IMG/VR virus record: IMGVR_UViG_3300023172_002538
Length of the DNA: 64,000 nucleotides
Source of the DNA: an uncultured virus (IMG/VR IMGVR_UViG_3300023172_002538)
Taxonomy: Duplodnaviria > Heunggongvirae > Uroviricota > Caudoviricetes
Reading direction: 5' to 3' (one strand)
Position numbers and translations under genes: made by a program. Position 1 is the first letter of the stretch. Every line of letters starts with the position of its first letter. Positions 37,639-46,858 of this stretch are shown one piece after another. The notes below the pieces were generated by a model. That model was given only the letters and a program-made list of their open reading frames with translations, did no database searches and was not told the DNA's origin.

Positions 37639-39106
37639 ACTCAAAATGAAAGACTATGCGATGCTTCAGTTGACCGAGTGTGAACCACACATTGTCACTG
37701 AACTGTCCGAGCATTTCACGTTTGAGGTACCAGGCGCTAAGTTTATGCCCGCTGTCAAACGCAGAGTTTGGGACGGCAAGATTCGTATGCTTGATCGAAC
37801 TACTGGTCAGATAAATGCTGGCTTGTACTGGGCGATTAAGAAGTTTGCGATGGAGCGCGGCTATGGTATTAAAGTCGAAGAAGGACCATATGGCTATCCA
37901 TACGCGACCAACAAAGTAAATCATCTCAAAACAATCGAGTGGCTTGACTCGCTCGATATGCCTTACAAGCCTCGTGACTATCAGTACGAAGCACTGACAC
38001 ACGCAATCAAATATCGTCGCGCTATTCTGCTGTCGCCCACTGGCTCTGGTAAGTCTTTTATCATCTACATGTTGATGCGATGGTACTTAGAAAATCGACA
38101 GGCGGGCAAAAAGATTCTACTGATTGTGCCTACGACCTCTCTTGTAGAGCAAATGTATTCAGACTTCAAAGACTATGGCTTTGACGTTGACAATAATTGT
38201 CATCGAATCTACAGCGGCAAAGATAAAGAGACGGACAAAGATATAGTCATCACAACATGGCAATCTATTTACAAACTGCACCCTGTTTGGTTTCACGAGT
38301 TTGGTTGCATCTTTGGCGATGAGGTACATGGATTCAAATCAAAATCGCTCTCATCAATTATGAACAAAGCTGTAAACGCTGAGTATCGATTCGGCACAAC
38401 AGGTACACTTGACGGCACACAGGTACACAAATTGGTGCTTGAAGGTCTATTTGGTCCTGTTCATCGTGTGACTACAACGCACGAACTTCAGCAGAAAGAT
38501 ACGCTGGCTAAACTAAATATAGATATACTATTGCTTCAGTATTCTAAAGAACAGTGTAAAGAAATGGAGGGCAAGACCTATCAAGAAGAAATTGACTTCA
38601 TCGTCTCAAACGAAAAGCGAAACAAATTCATTTCAAATCTTGCGGTCGATAGGAACGGAAATACGTTGGTTTTATTTAACTTGGTGGATCGTCATGGCAA
38701 GGTGTTGCGGGATCTGATTGAAACCAAGCTGAAAGATGGGCAACGATTATTTTACGTCTCTGGTGAAACCAAAACCAGCGACAGAGAGCAGATTCGGAAT
38801 ATTGTGGAGAAGCAAAAGGATTCTATTATACTCGCTAGTCTGGGTACTTTCTCCACTGGCATTAATATCAAAAATATACATAATATTATATTTGCGTCTC
38901 CTTCAAAAAGCCAAATCCGTGTCTTACAATCAATCGGAAGAGGACTAAGAAAATCTGATGATGGTACTGACGCACACTTGTTTGATATTGCAGATGATCT
39001 GCATTGGAAGTCACGAAAGAATTTTACATTGTTGCACAGTGCCGAGCGAATTAAAATTTATAATAATGAAAAGTTTCCTTACAAAATAACACAAATAGGA
39101 ATGTGA
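37625..39106 (+). CDS. uvsW: SF2 DNA helicase UvsW
   Basis: WDGKIR, PRDYQ, SPTGSGKS, GDEVH, GTTGT, LQSIGRGLR. Confidence 0.95.
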   Translation: MQIIKLKMKDYAMLQLTECEPHIVTELSEHFTFEVPGAKFMPAVKRRVWDGKIRMLDRTTGQINAGLYWAIKKFAMERGYGIKVEEGPYGYPYATNKVNHLKTIEWLDSLDMPYKPRDYQYEALTHAIKYRRAILLSPTGSGKSFIIYMLMRWYLENRQAGKKILLIVPTTSLVEQMYSDFKDYGFDVDNNCHRIYSGKDKETDKDIVITTWQSIYKLHPVWFHEFGCIFGDEVHGFKSKSLSSIMNKAVNAEYRFGTTGTLDGTQVHKLVLEGLFGPVHRVTTTHELQQKDTLAKLNIDILLLQYSKEQCKEMEGKTYQEEIDFIVSNEKRNKFISNLAVDRNGNTLVLFNLVDRHGKVLRDLIETKLKDGQRLFYVSGETKTSDREQIRNIVEKQKDSIILASLGTFSTGINIKNIHNIIFASPSKSQIRVLQSIGRGLRKSDDGTDAHLFDIADDLHWKSRKNFTLLHSAERIKIYNNEKFPYKITQIGM

Positions 39107-39107
39107 C

Positions 39108-39557
39108 ATGGATTATCAAGACAATTTAGCACAGTTCAAATTTAGTAACGGCCAAGAAGTTGTTTGTGAAGTCATGGAGTGGCCTGAAGATAAAACTCAA
39201 GATATCATTGTTCGAAATGCCATGTCAATCATTATGGGCGAAGATCAAGATGGTGATAGAGTCTATATGTTTAGACCATGGGCGCATTATCTAGAAGCGC
39301 CTGACGAATATATTTTGGTGAACACTCTCCATGTTGTGAGTACAAATCGCCCTAGTGTTCATCTTGAAGAAGAGTATAAGTATGCTGTTACAGAGATGCA
39401 CAAACACAGGCGACTCAGAGATGCTGCCGCAAGAAAAGAGCAGAATGAAGCCTTTGAAAGATTACAAAACGCTATGGTAAAAATGATTGAAAATGACTCT
39501 ACTGGAATCTTATCAAACGTGCTACCATTTCCTAAACGCGATGACACATTGCATTAG
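39108..39557 (+). CDS. hypothetical protein (Sm-like N-terminus) between uvsW and gp55
   Basis: QFKFSNGQEVVCEV...FRPW; typical position in marine T4-like phages. Confidence 0.6.
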   Translation: MDYQDNLAQFKFSNGQEVVCEVMEWPEDKTQDIIVRNAMSIIMGEDQDGDRVYMFRPWAHYLEAPDEYILVNTLHVVSTNRPSVHLEEEYKYAVTEMHKHRRLRDAAARKEQNEAFERLQNAMVKMIENDSTGILSNVLPFPKRDDTLH

Positions 39558-39587
39558 TATATTCTGTCGCCCTGCGCGTGGAGTTAG

Positions 39588-39616
39588 ATTTTAACACGAT
39601 TTTTTTAATCTGTCAA
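39588..39616 (-). promoter_or_regulatory. leftward sigma70-type promoter with no downstream sense ORF
   Basis: On the minus strand TTGACA-17 bp-TAAAAT, with TGn extended -10 and an upstream A-tract. Confidence 0.6.
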
Positions 39617-39679
39617 GCTTTTTTTTAAACTAATTTTAGTTTATAATAGTAACAATATGTAAACCGTGAGTAGACATTT

Positions 39680-40258
39680 ATGAAAGAAAACAAACCACAT
39701 TACGTCAACAACGCTCAGTTTTCTGAGGCTGTTGTCGAGTACGTAAGACACGCCAACTCTGAAACCGAGGCTGGTAATCCAAAACCCATCGTGCCAAACT
39801 ACGTTGCAGAGTGTTTTCTGAAGATCGCAGAAGGCTTGTCTCATAAGGCTAACTTTGTGCGGTACACGTACCGTGAAGAGATGGTCATGGACGCTGTAGA
39901 AAACTGTCTTAAGGCTATCGAGAACTACAATCTTGAAACTGCTACTCGCACAGGCAAACCCAACGCATTCGCATACTTTACACAGATTGCATGGTACGCA
40001 TTTTTGCGCCGTATCGAGAAAGAGAAAAAGCAACAGGACGTTAAACTCAAGTTCATTGCCGAAGCAGATATCAGTCAATTTATGGAAAACGCTGATGACA
40101 TTGATATGAGTGACGATACCACATTCTCTTTCATTGAAGAATTACGCTATCGAATTGACGCTGTAAAAGAAAGCGATCGAATGTTCAAAGAATATGCTAC
40201 AAAAGAAAAGCGCCGCCGTAAAGCAAAAGTAGACTCAGACTTGACACAGTGGTTATAA
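39680..40258 (+). CDS. gp55: late-transcription sigma factor gp55
   Basis: HYVNNAQF, CFLKIAEGLSHKANF..YTYREEMVMDAVENC, NAFAYFTQI. Confidence 0.95.
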   Translation: MKENKPHYVNNAQFSEAVVEYVRHANSETEAGNPKPIVPNYVAECFLKIAEGLSHKANFVRYTYREEMVMDAVENCLKAIENYNLETATRTGKPNAFAYFTQIAWYAFLRRIEKEKKQQDVKLKFIAEADISQFMENADDIDMSDDTTFSFIEELRYRIDAVKESDRMFKEYATKEKRRRKAKVDSDLTQWL

Positions 40259-40270
40259 ATGGAGTATACT
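40241..40270 (+). promoter_or_regulatory. sigma70-type early/middle promoter
   Basis: TTGACA-18 bp-TATACT. Confidence 0.6.
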
Positions 40271-40273
40271 TGT

Positions 40274-40393
40274 ATGTGGAAGTATGAGTGTAAGTCAGGC
40301 ACGTACGCAGAGACGAGTCTACTTGCTTTGTTATGGACTATCTTTACTCACCGTTTGCATCATCTGATCGAGGACGGTAAGTTTACGGACTAA
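40274..40393 (+). CDS. small hypothetical protein (39 aa)
   Basis: MWKYECKSGTYAETSLLALLWTIFTHRLHHLIEDGKFTD; GGAG upstream; abuts gp47. Confidence 0.5.
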   Translation: MWKYECKSGTYAETSLLALLWTIFTHRLHHLIEDGKFTD

Positions 40394-40394
40394 T

Positions 40395-41468
40395 ATGCAA
40401 ATAGCCATTCTGAACGATACGCATTGTGGCATCCGCAATTCATCGGATATCATGATGAAGTATCAAGAGAAATTCTATTCTGAAGTATTCTTTCCTTATC
40501 TGTTAGAGAACAACATCACCAAGATTCTACACCTTGGTGACTACTACGATAATCGAAAGTTTATCAACTTCAAAGCCCTTGAACACAATCGTAAAATCTT
40601 CCTTGAGAAGTTGCGTGAACACAAGATACACATGGACATCATTCCTGGTAACCATGACGTATTCTACAAGAACACGAACGATCTGAGTTCACTGAAAGAA
40701 CTGCTCGGTCACTACATGGCTGAAGTTCGTATCATCGAGAAGCCAACTGTGGTTGAGTATGATGGCACACCGGTTGCACTCGTGCCATGGATCAATGATG
40801 AGAACGAAGCAGAGACCGAAAAGTTTCTGAAGACGTGCAAAGCGTCTATCGTCGGCGCTCACCTAGAGTTAGAAGGCTTTGAGATGCAAGCAGGCATTCC
40901 ATGTACGCATGGCATGAGTGCAGATGATTTCAAAAGATTTGACACAGTACTCACTGGTCACTTCCATACGAAATCAAATCACGGCAACATTCACTATCTT
41001 GGCTCACAGATGGAGTTCTTCTGGTCAGATGCACATGATCCAAAGTACTTTCACATCTTCGATACCAAGACACGTGAACTGACACCTGTACAAAACACCG
41101 TCACACTGTTTCATCGGCTGTACTACGATGATACCGTAGAGAAGGCTGAGTATAAGTATCGTACAGGCAAACTGCCCGACATCACTGACAAGTTCGTCAA
41201 GGTTGTTGTGGCTAACAAATCTAATCCAAAACTATTTGAACACTGGCTTGATCGTATTCAGTCCAAGCGTATTCATGAACTGAAGATCGCAGAGAACTTC
41301 GAAGAGTTCGTTGGTTCGTCGGTCGAAGATGATCGAGTATCTGTAGAGTCAACTGAACAATTGTTAAGCAGTTATATTGACGCTGTTGAAACACCTCTTG
41401 ATAAAGGACATATTAAAAAACTTGTCCATGAATTAATGATAGAGGCTCAGACAGCAGATATAGTATAG
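40395..41468 (+). CDS. gp47: recombination endonuclease gp47 (Mre11/SbcD-like)
   Basis: DTHCG, HLGDYYD, PGNHD, GHFH phosphoesterase motifs. Confidence 0.95.
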   Translation: MQIAILNDTHCGIRNSSDIMMKYQEKFYSEVFFPYLLENNITKILHLGDYYDNRKFINFKALEHNRKIFLEKLREHKIHMDIIPGNHDVFYKNTNDLSSLKELLGHYMAEVRIIEKPTVVEYDGTPVALVPWINDENEAETEKFLKTCKASIVGAHLELEGFEMQAGIPCTHGMSADDFKRFDTVLTGHFHTKSNHGNIHYLGSQMEFFWSDAHDPKYFHIFDTKTRELTPVQNTVTLFHRLYYDDTVEKAEYKYRTGKLPDITDKFVKVVVANKSNPKLFEHWLDRIQSKRIHELKIAENFEEFVGSSVEDDRVSVESTEQLLSSYIDAVETPLDKGHIKKLVHELMIEAQTADIV

Positions 41469-41505
41469 AAACGCACCTGCCGTATTACCAGAGGTCTGGT
41501 GATGC

Positions 41506-41534
41506 TTGACACACTACTTTCGGTATGATATAGT
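41506..41534 (+). promoter_or_regulatory. sigma70-type promoter for gp46
   Basis: TTGACA-17 bp-TATAGT with TGn extension. Confidence 0.55.
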
Positions 41535-41540
41535 ACACAT

Positions 41541-43247
41541 ATGATTAAATTTACAAATTTGCGTTACCGTAACTTTTTGTCTACGGGCGATCAATTCACT
41601 GAAATTTCCTTAGATCGTGCTAGGTCTACTCTAGTCGTTGGACAAAACGGCGCTGGCAAATCGACAATGCTGGATGCGTTGTCGTTTGCCCTTTTTGGCA
41701 AAGCACATCGAAGCATCAACAAGGGTCAGTTAGTCAACTCAATCAACGGCAAAGCCATGCTAGTCGAAGTCGAGTTCTCAATTGGTCCATCAAACTATAA
41801 GATTGTGCGTGGCGTCAAGCCCAACAAGTTTGAAATCTGGAAAGATAATGTACTGATCAACCAAGACAGTCACAGTAAAGAGTACCAGAAAGTTCTTGAG
41901 CAGAACATTTTGAAATTGAATCACAAATCGTTTCACCAGATTGTGGTGCTTGGTAGTTCATCGTTCATTCCGTTCATGCAACTACCGGCACAGCATCGCC
42001 GTGAGGTGATTGAAGACTTGCTCGACATTAACGTGTTCTCTAAGATGAACACCATTTTGAAAGAACGCATTTCGATTCTGCGCGAGCGCGAGCGAGCCAA
42101 CAAAGTTGCGTTAGAACTGATCGAAGAAAAGATCAAGACACAGCGCGACTACGTGGCTAAACTAGAAAAACTTAGCCGTGAGCAGAAGACCGAACGCCTA
42201 AAAGAAATTGCTGTACTGCAAGAGTCAATCACAACTCTTGGTCTTGGTCGTGTCTCTGTGTCTCAAGATCAGATGAAGAATCTGAAGAGTCAGATGGATG
42301 AGCTAAATAGTAAGATTCGTGAGGTCGAGAAATTCGACACACAATTTTCTACGAAGCAAAAAGCACTGAACAAAGAGATTAAGTTTTATGAAAGTAACTC
42401 CACTTGTCCCACCTGTGACCAAAGTATCGAGCCAGAGGTTAAGCAAGCAAAGACTGAAACAGCGGCTAGAAAGTGGGACGAATTCGAAGAAGCAAGACAC
42501 CAAGCCTCAGCCCAAATCAAATCACTCTCGGATCGACATCGAAGTGTAGAAGAAAACATTGCGAAGATTCAAGAGCAGTTGAATCGCGAGTTTGAAATCA
42601 ACACACAGATCACTCAGGCTCAAAATAGAATCGAGCAGTTACAACGAGAGGTCGATAAGGTTGAGACTGAGACTGACTCTGTAGAAGATTCGCTTTCGCA
42701 GTTAGAAATTTACACCAAAGAAGAGCAAGCCCTAACTAAAGACAGACGCCAACTGTCCGAAGAGGGTGCGTACAATACTGTCATCACAGAACTGTTAAAA
42801 GATACTGGCATCAAGACTAAGATCATCAAACAGTATTTGCCCGTGATCAATAATCTGGTCAACAAGTATCTGCAAGTTCTGGACTTCTATGTGTCGTTTC
42901 ATCTGGACGATACGTTTAAAGAGTCTATTCGTTCTCGTTACAGAGACGAATTTTCGTACGACTCATTCAGCGAAGGAGAGAAACAGCGAATCGATTTAGC
43001 CTTGCTGTTCACTTGGCGTATGGTCGCAAAGATGAAGAATAGTGTCGCAACCAATCTTCTCATTCTTGACGAAACTTTCGATAGCAGTTTGGACGCTGAC
43101 GGCGTAGACAACCTGTCGAAGATTCTTGAGACGCTTGACGAAGATACGTGCGTATTTGTTATTTCACACAAAGGAGAAATGCTTGACGGTAAATTTGATG
43201 AGAAAATTGAGTTCGTTAAATCAAAGAACTTCAGCAAAGTCGCTTGA
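41541..43247 (+). CDS. gp46: recombination ATPase gp46 (Rad50/SbcC-like)
   Basis: GQNGAGKS, CPTC zinc hook, FSEGEK signature, LILDE. Confidence 0.95.
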   Translation: MIKFTNLRYRNFLSTGDQFTEISLDRARSTLVVGQNGAGKSTMLDALSFALFGKAHRSINKGQLVNSINGKAMLVEVEFSIGPSNYKIVRGVKPNKFEIWKDNVLINQDSHSKEYQKVLEQNILKLNHKSFHQIVVLGSSSFIPFMQLPAQHRREVIEDLLDINVFSKMNTILKERISILRERERANKVALELIEEKIKTQRDYVAKLEKLSREQKTERLKEIAVLQESITTLGLGRVSVSQDQMKNLKSQMDELNSKIREVEKFDTQFSTKQKALNKEIKFYESNSTCPTCDQSIEPEVKQAKTETAARKWDEFEEARHQASAQIKSLSDRHRSVEENIAKIQEQLNREFEINTQITQAQNRIEQLQREVDKVETETDSVEDSLSQLEIYTKEEQALTKDRRQLSEEGAYNTVITELLKDTGIKTKIIKQYLPVINNLVNKYLQVLDFYVSFHLDDTFKESIRSRYRDEFSYDSFSEGEKQRIDLALLFTWRMVAKMKNSVATNLLILDETFDSSLDADGVDNLSKILETLDEDTCVFVISHKGEMLDGKFDEKIEFVKSKNFSKVA

Positions 43248-43272
43248 CCTCAAGCGCAGAAAAGTGTATAAT
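43244..43272 (+). promoter_or_regulatory. sigma70-type promoter for gp45
   Basis: TTGACC-17 bp-TATAAT. Confidence 0.6.
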
Positions 43273-43309
43273 TTATTGAAATTAACGTGCATAAAAGTGC
43301 GAGGATATT

Positions 43310-43984
43310 ATGGAACTAACTGAAAAGACGTTGACTGTTCTGAAGAACTATGCAACGATTAACCCTAACGTTGTGATCAACAATGGCAACGTAATCAAAA
43401 CAATCTCTGAGGCTAAGAATGTTCTTAGCAGTGCTGAGGTTGACGTTGAGTTTCCCAAGCAGGTCGGCATCTATGACCTGAGCGAGTTTCTCAGCGTCTT
43501 GTCTTTGGTTGATTCGCCACGTCTTACATTTGAAGACAACAACTTTTTGATCAGTGACGGTAGTGGTCGCACTCGTATCAAGTACTTTTACTCTGATATA
43601 GATATGCTTACTGTCCCGAGCAAAGACATCATCATGCCTGAGTGTGAGGTATCTTTCTCTCTGGATCGTGAGACGTTGACCCGAGTGAAGCGAGCGGCTT
43701 CTGTTCTTGGTCACACTGAAATGTCTTTGTCTGTTGTGAATGATGTATTGCAGTTGTCTGTAATCGATCAGAACGACAAGACTTCGAACGTATTCTCTAT
43801 CGACGTTGATGGTGAGTACAAAGACGCAAATTTCAACTTCGTATTCAACATTGCGAACTTGAAGATGGTTGATGATGATTATCGAGTTGATATCTCATCT
43901 AAATTGATTTCTCATTTTGTCAATGAGATTAGCGGTATCCAATACTGGGTAGCACTTGAAAAAACTAGCACTTACGGAGAATAA
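43310..43984 (+). CDS. gp45: sliding clamp gp45
   Basis: LKNYATIN, GIYDLSEFL, YWVALE. Confidence 0.93.
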   Translation: MELTEKTLTVLKNYATINPNVVINNGNVIKTISEAKNVLSSAEVDVEFPKQVGIYDLSEFLSVLSLVDSPRLTFEDNNFLISDGSGRTRIKYFYSDIDMLTVPSKDIIMPECEVSFSLDRETLTRVKRAASVLGHTEMSLSVVNDVLQLSVIDQNDKTSNVFSIDVDGEYKDANFNFVFNIANLKMVDDDYRVDISSKLISHFVNEISGIQYWVALEKTSTYGE

Positions 43985-43988
43985 TGCT

Positions 43989-44195
43989 ATGGCTAAGAAT
44001 GAAACGAACGAAAGCGTCGAGCAACTGATGGAACTCGCTAATCGCGTGACCCGCAGTACTGTCGCTGTAATTGATACCGTGACCGGACGTGGTGGCTTTC
44101 GCGGTGAAGAACTCTCGACTATCGGCCAGTTGCGAGATCAATCTATTCAGTTGATTCAACTTGTTGAACAAATGCAAGGTGAATCTGGCGAATAA
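43989..44195 (+). CDS. hypothetical protein
   Basis: GGAG RBS; VAVIDTVTGRGGFRGEELSTIGQLRD. Confidence 0.65.
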   Translation: MAKNETNESVEQLMELANRVTRSTVAVIDTVTGRGGFRGEELSTIGQLRDQSIQLIQLVEQMQGESGE

Positions 44196-44213
44196 TTCTG
44201 ATATAATACTCCT

Positions 44214-44375
44214 ATGAACAAACTCTGGACTATCTGGAAGTACGCTATCGGTAGCTTCAGTGATGACAAGACCGCAGACTATGACAATCATGTCGCGGTT
44301 ATTCGAACGTTTGTTGTCGTAATCAATGTTGGCTGTGCTTGCATGATTATGGCAAACATCGTTCACAAATGGTAA
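44214..44375 (+). CDS. small membrane protein (53 aa, not in ORF track)
   Basis: MNKLWTIWKYAIGSFSDDKTADYDNHVAVIRTFVVVINVGCACMIMANIVHKW. Confidence 0.55.
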   Translation: MNKLWTIWKYAIGSFSDDKTADYDNHVAVIRTFVVVINVGCACMIMANIVHKW

Positions 44376-44399
44376 TTTTATTATGATGCGGAGTAATTT

Positions 44400-45338
44400 A
44401 TGTCTAAAGATTTTCTCTGGGTTGAGAAGTATCGTCCTCGCAAGGTAGAAGACACAATTCTACCAAAAAAACTGAAAGAAGTTTTTACAAAGATCGTGCA
44501 GTCTGGTGAATTGCCTAACATGCTTTTTACCGGCACTGCTGGTCTTGGTAAAACTACCGTAGCACGAGCAATCTGTGATGAACTTGGCTATGACTACATT
44601 GTCATCAATGGTTCTGAAGAAGGTAACATCGATACGCTACGTGGCAAAATCAAGCGTTTTGCATCCTCTGTCTCTCTAGGTGGCGATGTCAAGGTCGTCA
44701 TCCTAGACGAGGCTGATTATCTAAATCCTCAATCGACACAGCCAGCTCTTCGTGGCTTCATTGAAGAGTTTTCTGATAACTGTCGATTCATTCTGACTTG
44801 TAACTTCAAGAATCGAATCATCGAGCCGCTTCACTCTCGGTGTGGTGTATATGAATTCAATACGACCAAGAAAGAGATGCAGACTCTCTGTGCCGATTTC
44901 TTTGTGCGATTGATCCACATTCTTGAATCTGAGCAAGTCGCATTCAACAAAGACCTGCTTGCACAACTGATCATGAAGTACGCCCCAGACTGGCGGCGTG
45001 TAATCAATGAGTGTCAGCGGTACTCGATTGGCGGTCAATTGGAAACTACAGTTCTCAATAATGATGCAAGTGGTAACTACGATTCTCTTTTCAAGTCGCT
45101 CAAAGACAAAGACTTTAAAAAGATGCGCAGTTGGGTCGCTCAGAACGTAGACGTTGATGTGTCTGCAATCTTTCGTCAAATCTATGACAACATGTACGAG
45201 AAAGTGGACGCATCTTCGATTCCGCAACTGGTGTTGATTCTTGCTGACTACCAGTACAAGAATGCCTTCGTTGCTGATCATGAGTTGAACATCGTCGCAT
45301 GTATGACTGAGATCATGGCAAACGTGGAGTTTAAATAA
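44400..45338 (+). CDS. gp44: clamp loader large subunit gp44
   Basis: LWVEKYRP, GTAGLGKTT, ILDEAD, PLHSRC. Confidence 0.95.
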   Translation: MSKDFLWVEKYRPRKVEDTILPKKLKEVFTKIVQSGELPNMLFTGTAGLGKTTVARAICDELGYDYIVINGSEEGNIDTLRGKIKRFASSVSLGGDVKVVILDEADYLNPQSTQPALRGFIEEFSDNCRFILTCNFKNRIIEPLHSRCGVYEFNTTKKEMQTLCADFFVRLIHILESEQVAFNKDLLAQLIMKYAPDWRRVINECQRYSIGGQLETTVLNNDASGNYDSLFKSLKDKDFKKMRSWVAQNVDVDVSAIFRQIYDNMYEKVDASSIPQLVLILADYQYKNAFVADHELNIVACMTEIMANVEFK

Positions 45339-45715
45339 TGAATCCGTTTGACTATGTGACAGCCATTAATCATGGCAAGCAAGACATCATGGACGATGAT
45401 TTGAAAGAGAAAGCCTATAACTCTTTTCTGACAAATCGATCACTAAGTTATTTTCCTGATACCGTTGCCGCGGCTAACGTTATGAATCAGTTTCACCACT
45501 TGGATAACAAGTTACAATTTCATTTTTTACTAAATATAGTAAGAAAGCGAAAGCGGTTCTCTAAGTGGGAGAAACAAGAGACTTTCGATGACGTGGAAGC
45601 GGTAAAGGAGTATTATGGATACAGCAACGAAAAAGCACGTTCGGCTTTATCCCTCCTTTCACCTGATCAAATTAATGAAATAAGAACAAGGATCTACAAA
45701 GGTGGAAGAAAATAG
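45338..45715 (+). CDS. gp62: clamp loader small subunit gp62
   Basis: NRSLSYFPDT, RKRKRFSKW, VKEYYGYSNEKA. Confidence 0.92.
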   Translation: MNPFDYVTAINHGKQDIMDDDLKEKAYNSFLTNRSLSYFPDTVAAANVMNQFHHLDNKLQFHFLLNIVRKRKRFSKWEKQETFDDVEAVKEYYGYSNEKARSALSLLSPDQINEIRTRIYKGGRK

Positions 45716-46109
45716 AATTTGGAAACCAGCAGATATGCTGGAAGTGACGTTGAACGAACCCGATGATTTTCTCAAGGTTCGTGAGACATTGACAAGAATG
45801 GGTGTAGCATCTCGACGTGAAAACAAACTGTTTCAGTCATGTCATATCTTGCACAAACAAGGTCGGTACTTTATCGTGCACTTCAAAGAATTGTTTCTAC
45901 TCGACGGCAAGAAGTCTAATCTAGAAGAGGCTGATGTTCTAAGAAGAAACACCATCGCTACTTTGTTAGCAGATTGGGGACTCGTGCAGATCGTCGATAA
46001 GGCTCAGGTAGCAGAGTGTGCACCACTGCGACAAGTGAAGATCATTTCTCACAAGGATAAAGATCAGTGGGAGTTGTGTCCAAAATATAATATCGGTAAT
46101 AAGGCTTGA
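45702..46109 (+). CDS. regA: translational repressor RegA
   Basis: PDDFLKVRETLTRMG, LFQSCHILHKQGRYFIVHFKELF. Confidence 0.95.
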   Translation: MEENRIWKPADMLEVTLNEPDDFLKVRETLTRMGVASRRENKLFQSCHILHKQGRYFIVHFKELFLLDGKKSNLEEADVLRRNTIATLLADWGLVQIVDKAQVAECAPLRQVKIISHKDKDQWELCPKYNIGNKA

Positions 46110-46255
46110 CAGTCGAAGAACATTACGCTAGAATGGAAAAGATATTCGGCAAACTACCTAATCCCTATCATGAGCCTAAGCAGTTTGCCTATTTCGTCAA
46201 GCTATACAAATACTACCATTTCAGTAGAGATGGAAAGAATCACTGGGTTGCTTAA
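46106..46255 (+). CDS. small hypothetical protein (49 aa)
   Basis: TTG start overlapping the regA stop (alternative ATG at 46133); ...LPNPYHEPKQFAYFVKLYKYY... Confidence 0.5.
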   Translation: MTVEEHYARMEKIFGKLPNPYHEPKQFAYFVKLYKYYHFSRDGKNHWVA

Positions 46256-46536
46256 ATTCTCGCAATCGATTCAACGTGACAAGTTTTCTTGCGTGAGAAC
46301 TTGATCGGTGTTCCTTCTCTGACTTGACGCGAACGAAATTGAAACTGAGTGATTTCTTCTACGTCATATTCGCAGTTTGTTTTGATAGCGTACTTATTAC
46401 CTTGCTTGTCTCTGATCTGAATTAAGTCGCTAGACGTATCAAACATGACAATCGGAGTAAGATTGGCAGTGACAACACTCTCATTAGCGAATGAGATTAG
46501 CGGTAACATAAGTAATACGAGGATGATGTTTTTCAT
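46252..46536 (-). CDS. secreted hypothetical protein
   Basis: GGAGG RBS; signal peptide MKNIILVLLMLPLISFA; two Cys. Confidence 0.65.
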   Translation of the reverse strand: MKNIILVLLMLPLISFANESVVTANLTPIVMFDTSSDLIQIRDKQGNKYAIKTNCEYDVEEITQFQFRSRQVREGTPIKFSRKKTCHVESIARI

Positions 46537-46624
46537 ATTTGCCTCCAGTCGCCTCACGGCGTAGTTATTGTTACAGTTTTATTACACTGTATATACATTA
46601 TATATAGGTTTTTGGACTTAGACC

Positions 46625-46783
46625 ATGAAAAAAGATGACAATCTTCTTGTGAAAATCAATAAGGAAGATAAGAAAGAATTTATTGCGCTGTGTAAAGAAA
46701 TGGACACAAGCGCATCTCGTGAAGTGAGACACTTCATAAAAAAATTTATACAAGAGAACCAAAAGCAAACTTCTCGCGTATAA
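46625..46783 (+). CDS. ribbon-helix-helix (CopG/Arc-like) DNA-binding protein (52 aa, not in ORF track)
   Basis: MKKDDNLLVKINKEDKKEFIALCKEMDTSASREVRHFIKKFI: strand-helix-helix pattern. Confidence 0.6.
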   Translation: MKKDDNLLVKINKEDKKEFIALCKEMDTSASREVRHFIKKFIQENQKQTSRV

Positions 46784-46786
46784 ATA
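46779..46786 (+). promoter_or_regulatory. T4-type late promoter for hsp20
   Basis: TATAAATA. Confidence 0.7.
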
Positions 46787-46791
46787 ACCGC

Positions 46792-46858
46792 GTGATGCCT
46801 TTATAGGGTCACATATACAACACAACCTTGCTTAATTAATTAGGAGGTACCGTTTATG
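46792..46858 (+). promoter_or_regulatory. ROSE-like RNA thermometer in the hsp20 5' UTR
   Basis: 5' hairpin GTGATGCCT-TTAT-AGGGTCAC, then ACCTTGCT able to pair with the AGGAGGT SD through a bulged G. Confidence 0.6.

Noticed and set aside
41482..41505. Hairpin GTATTACCAG-AGGT-CTGGTGATGC between gp47 and gp46
   Set aside because: No U-tract and no recognisable RNA family; too little evidence to call it a terminator or ncRNA.
46587..46607. CTGTATATACAT... as a LexA SOS box
   Set aside because: It lacks the closing ACAG at the required CTGT-N8-ACAG spacing.
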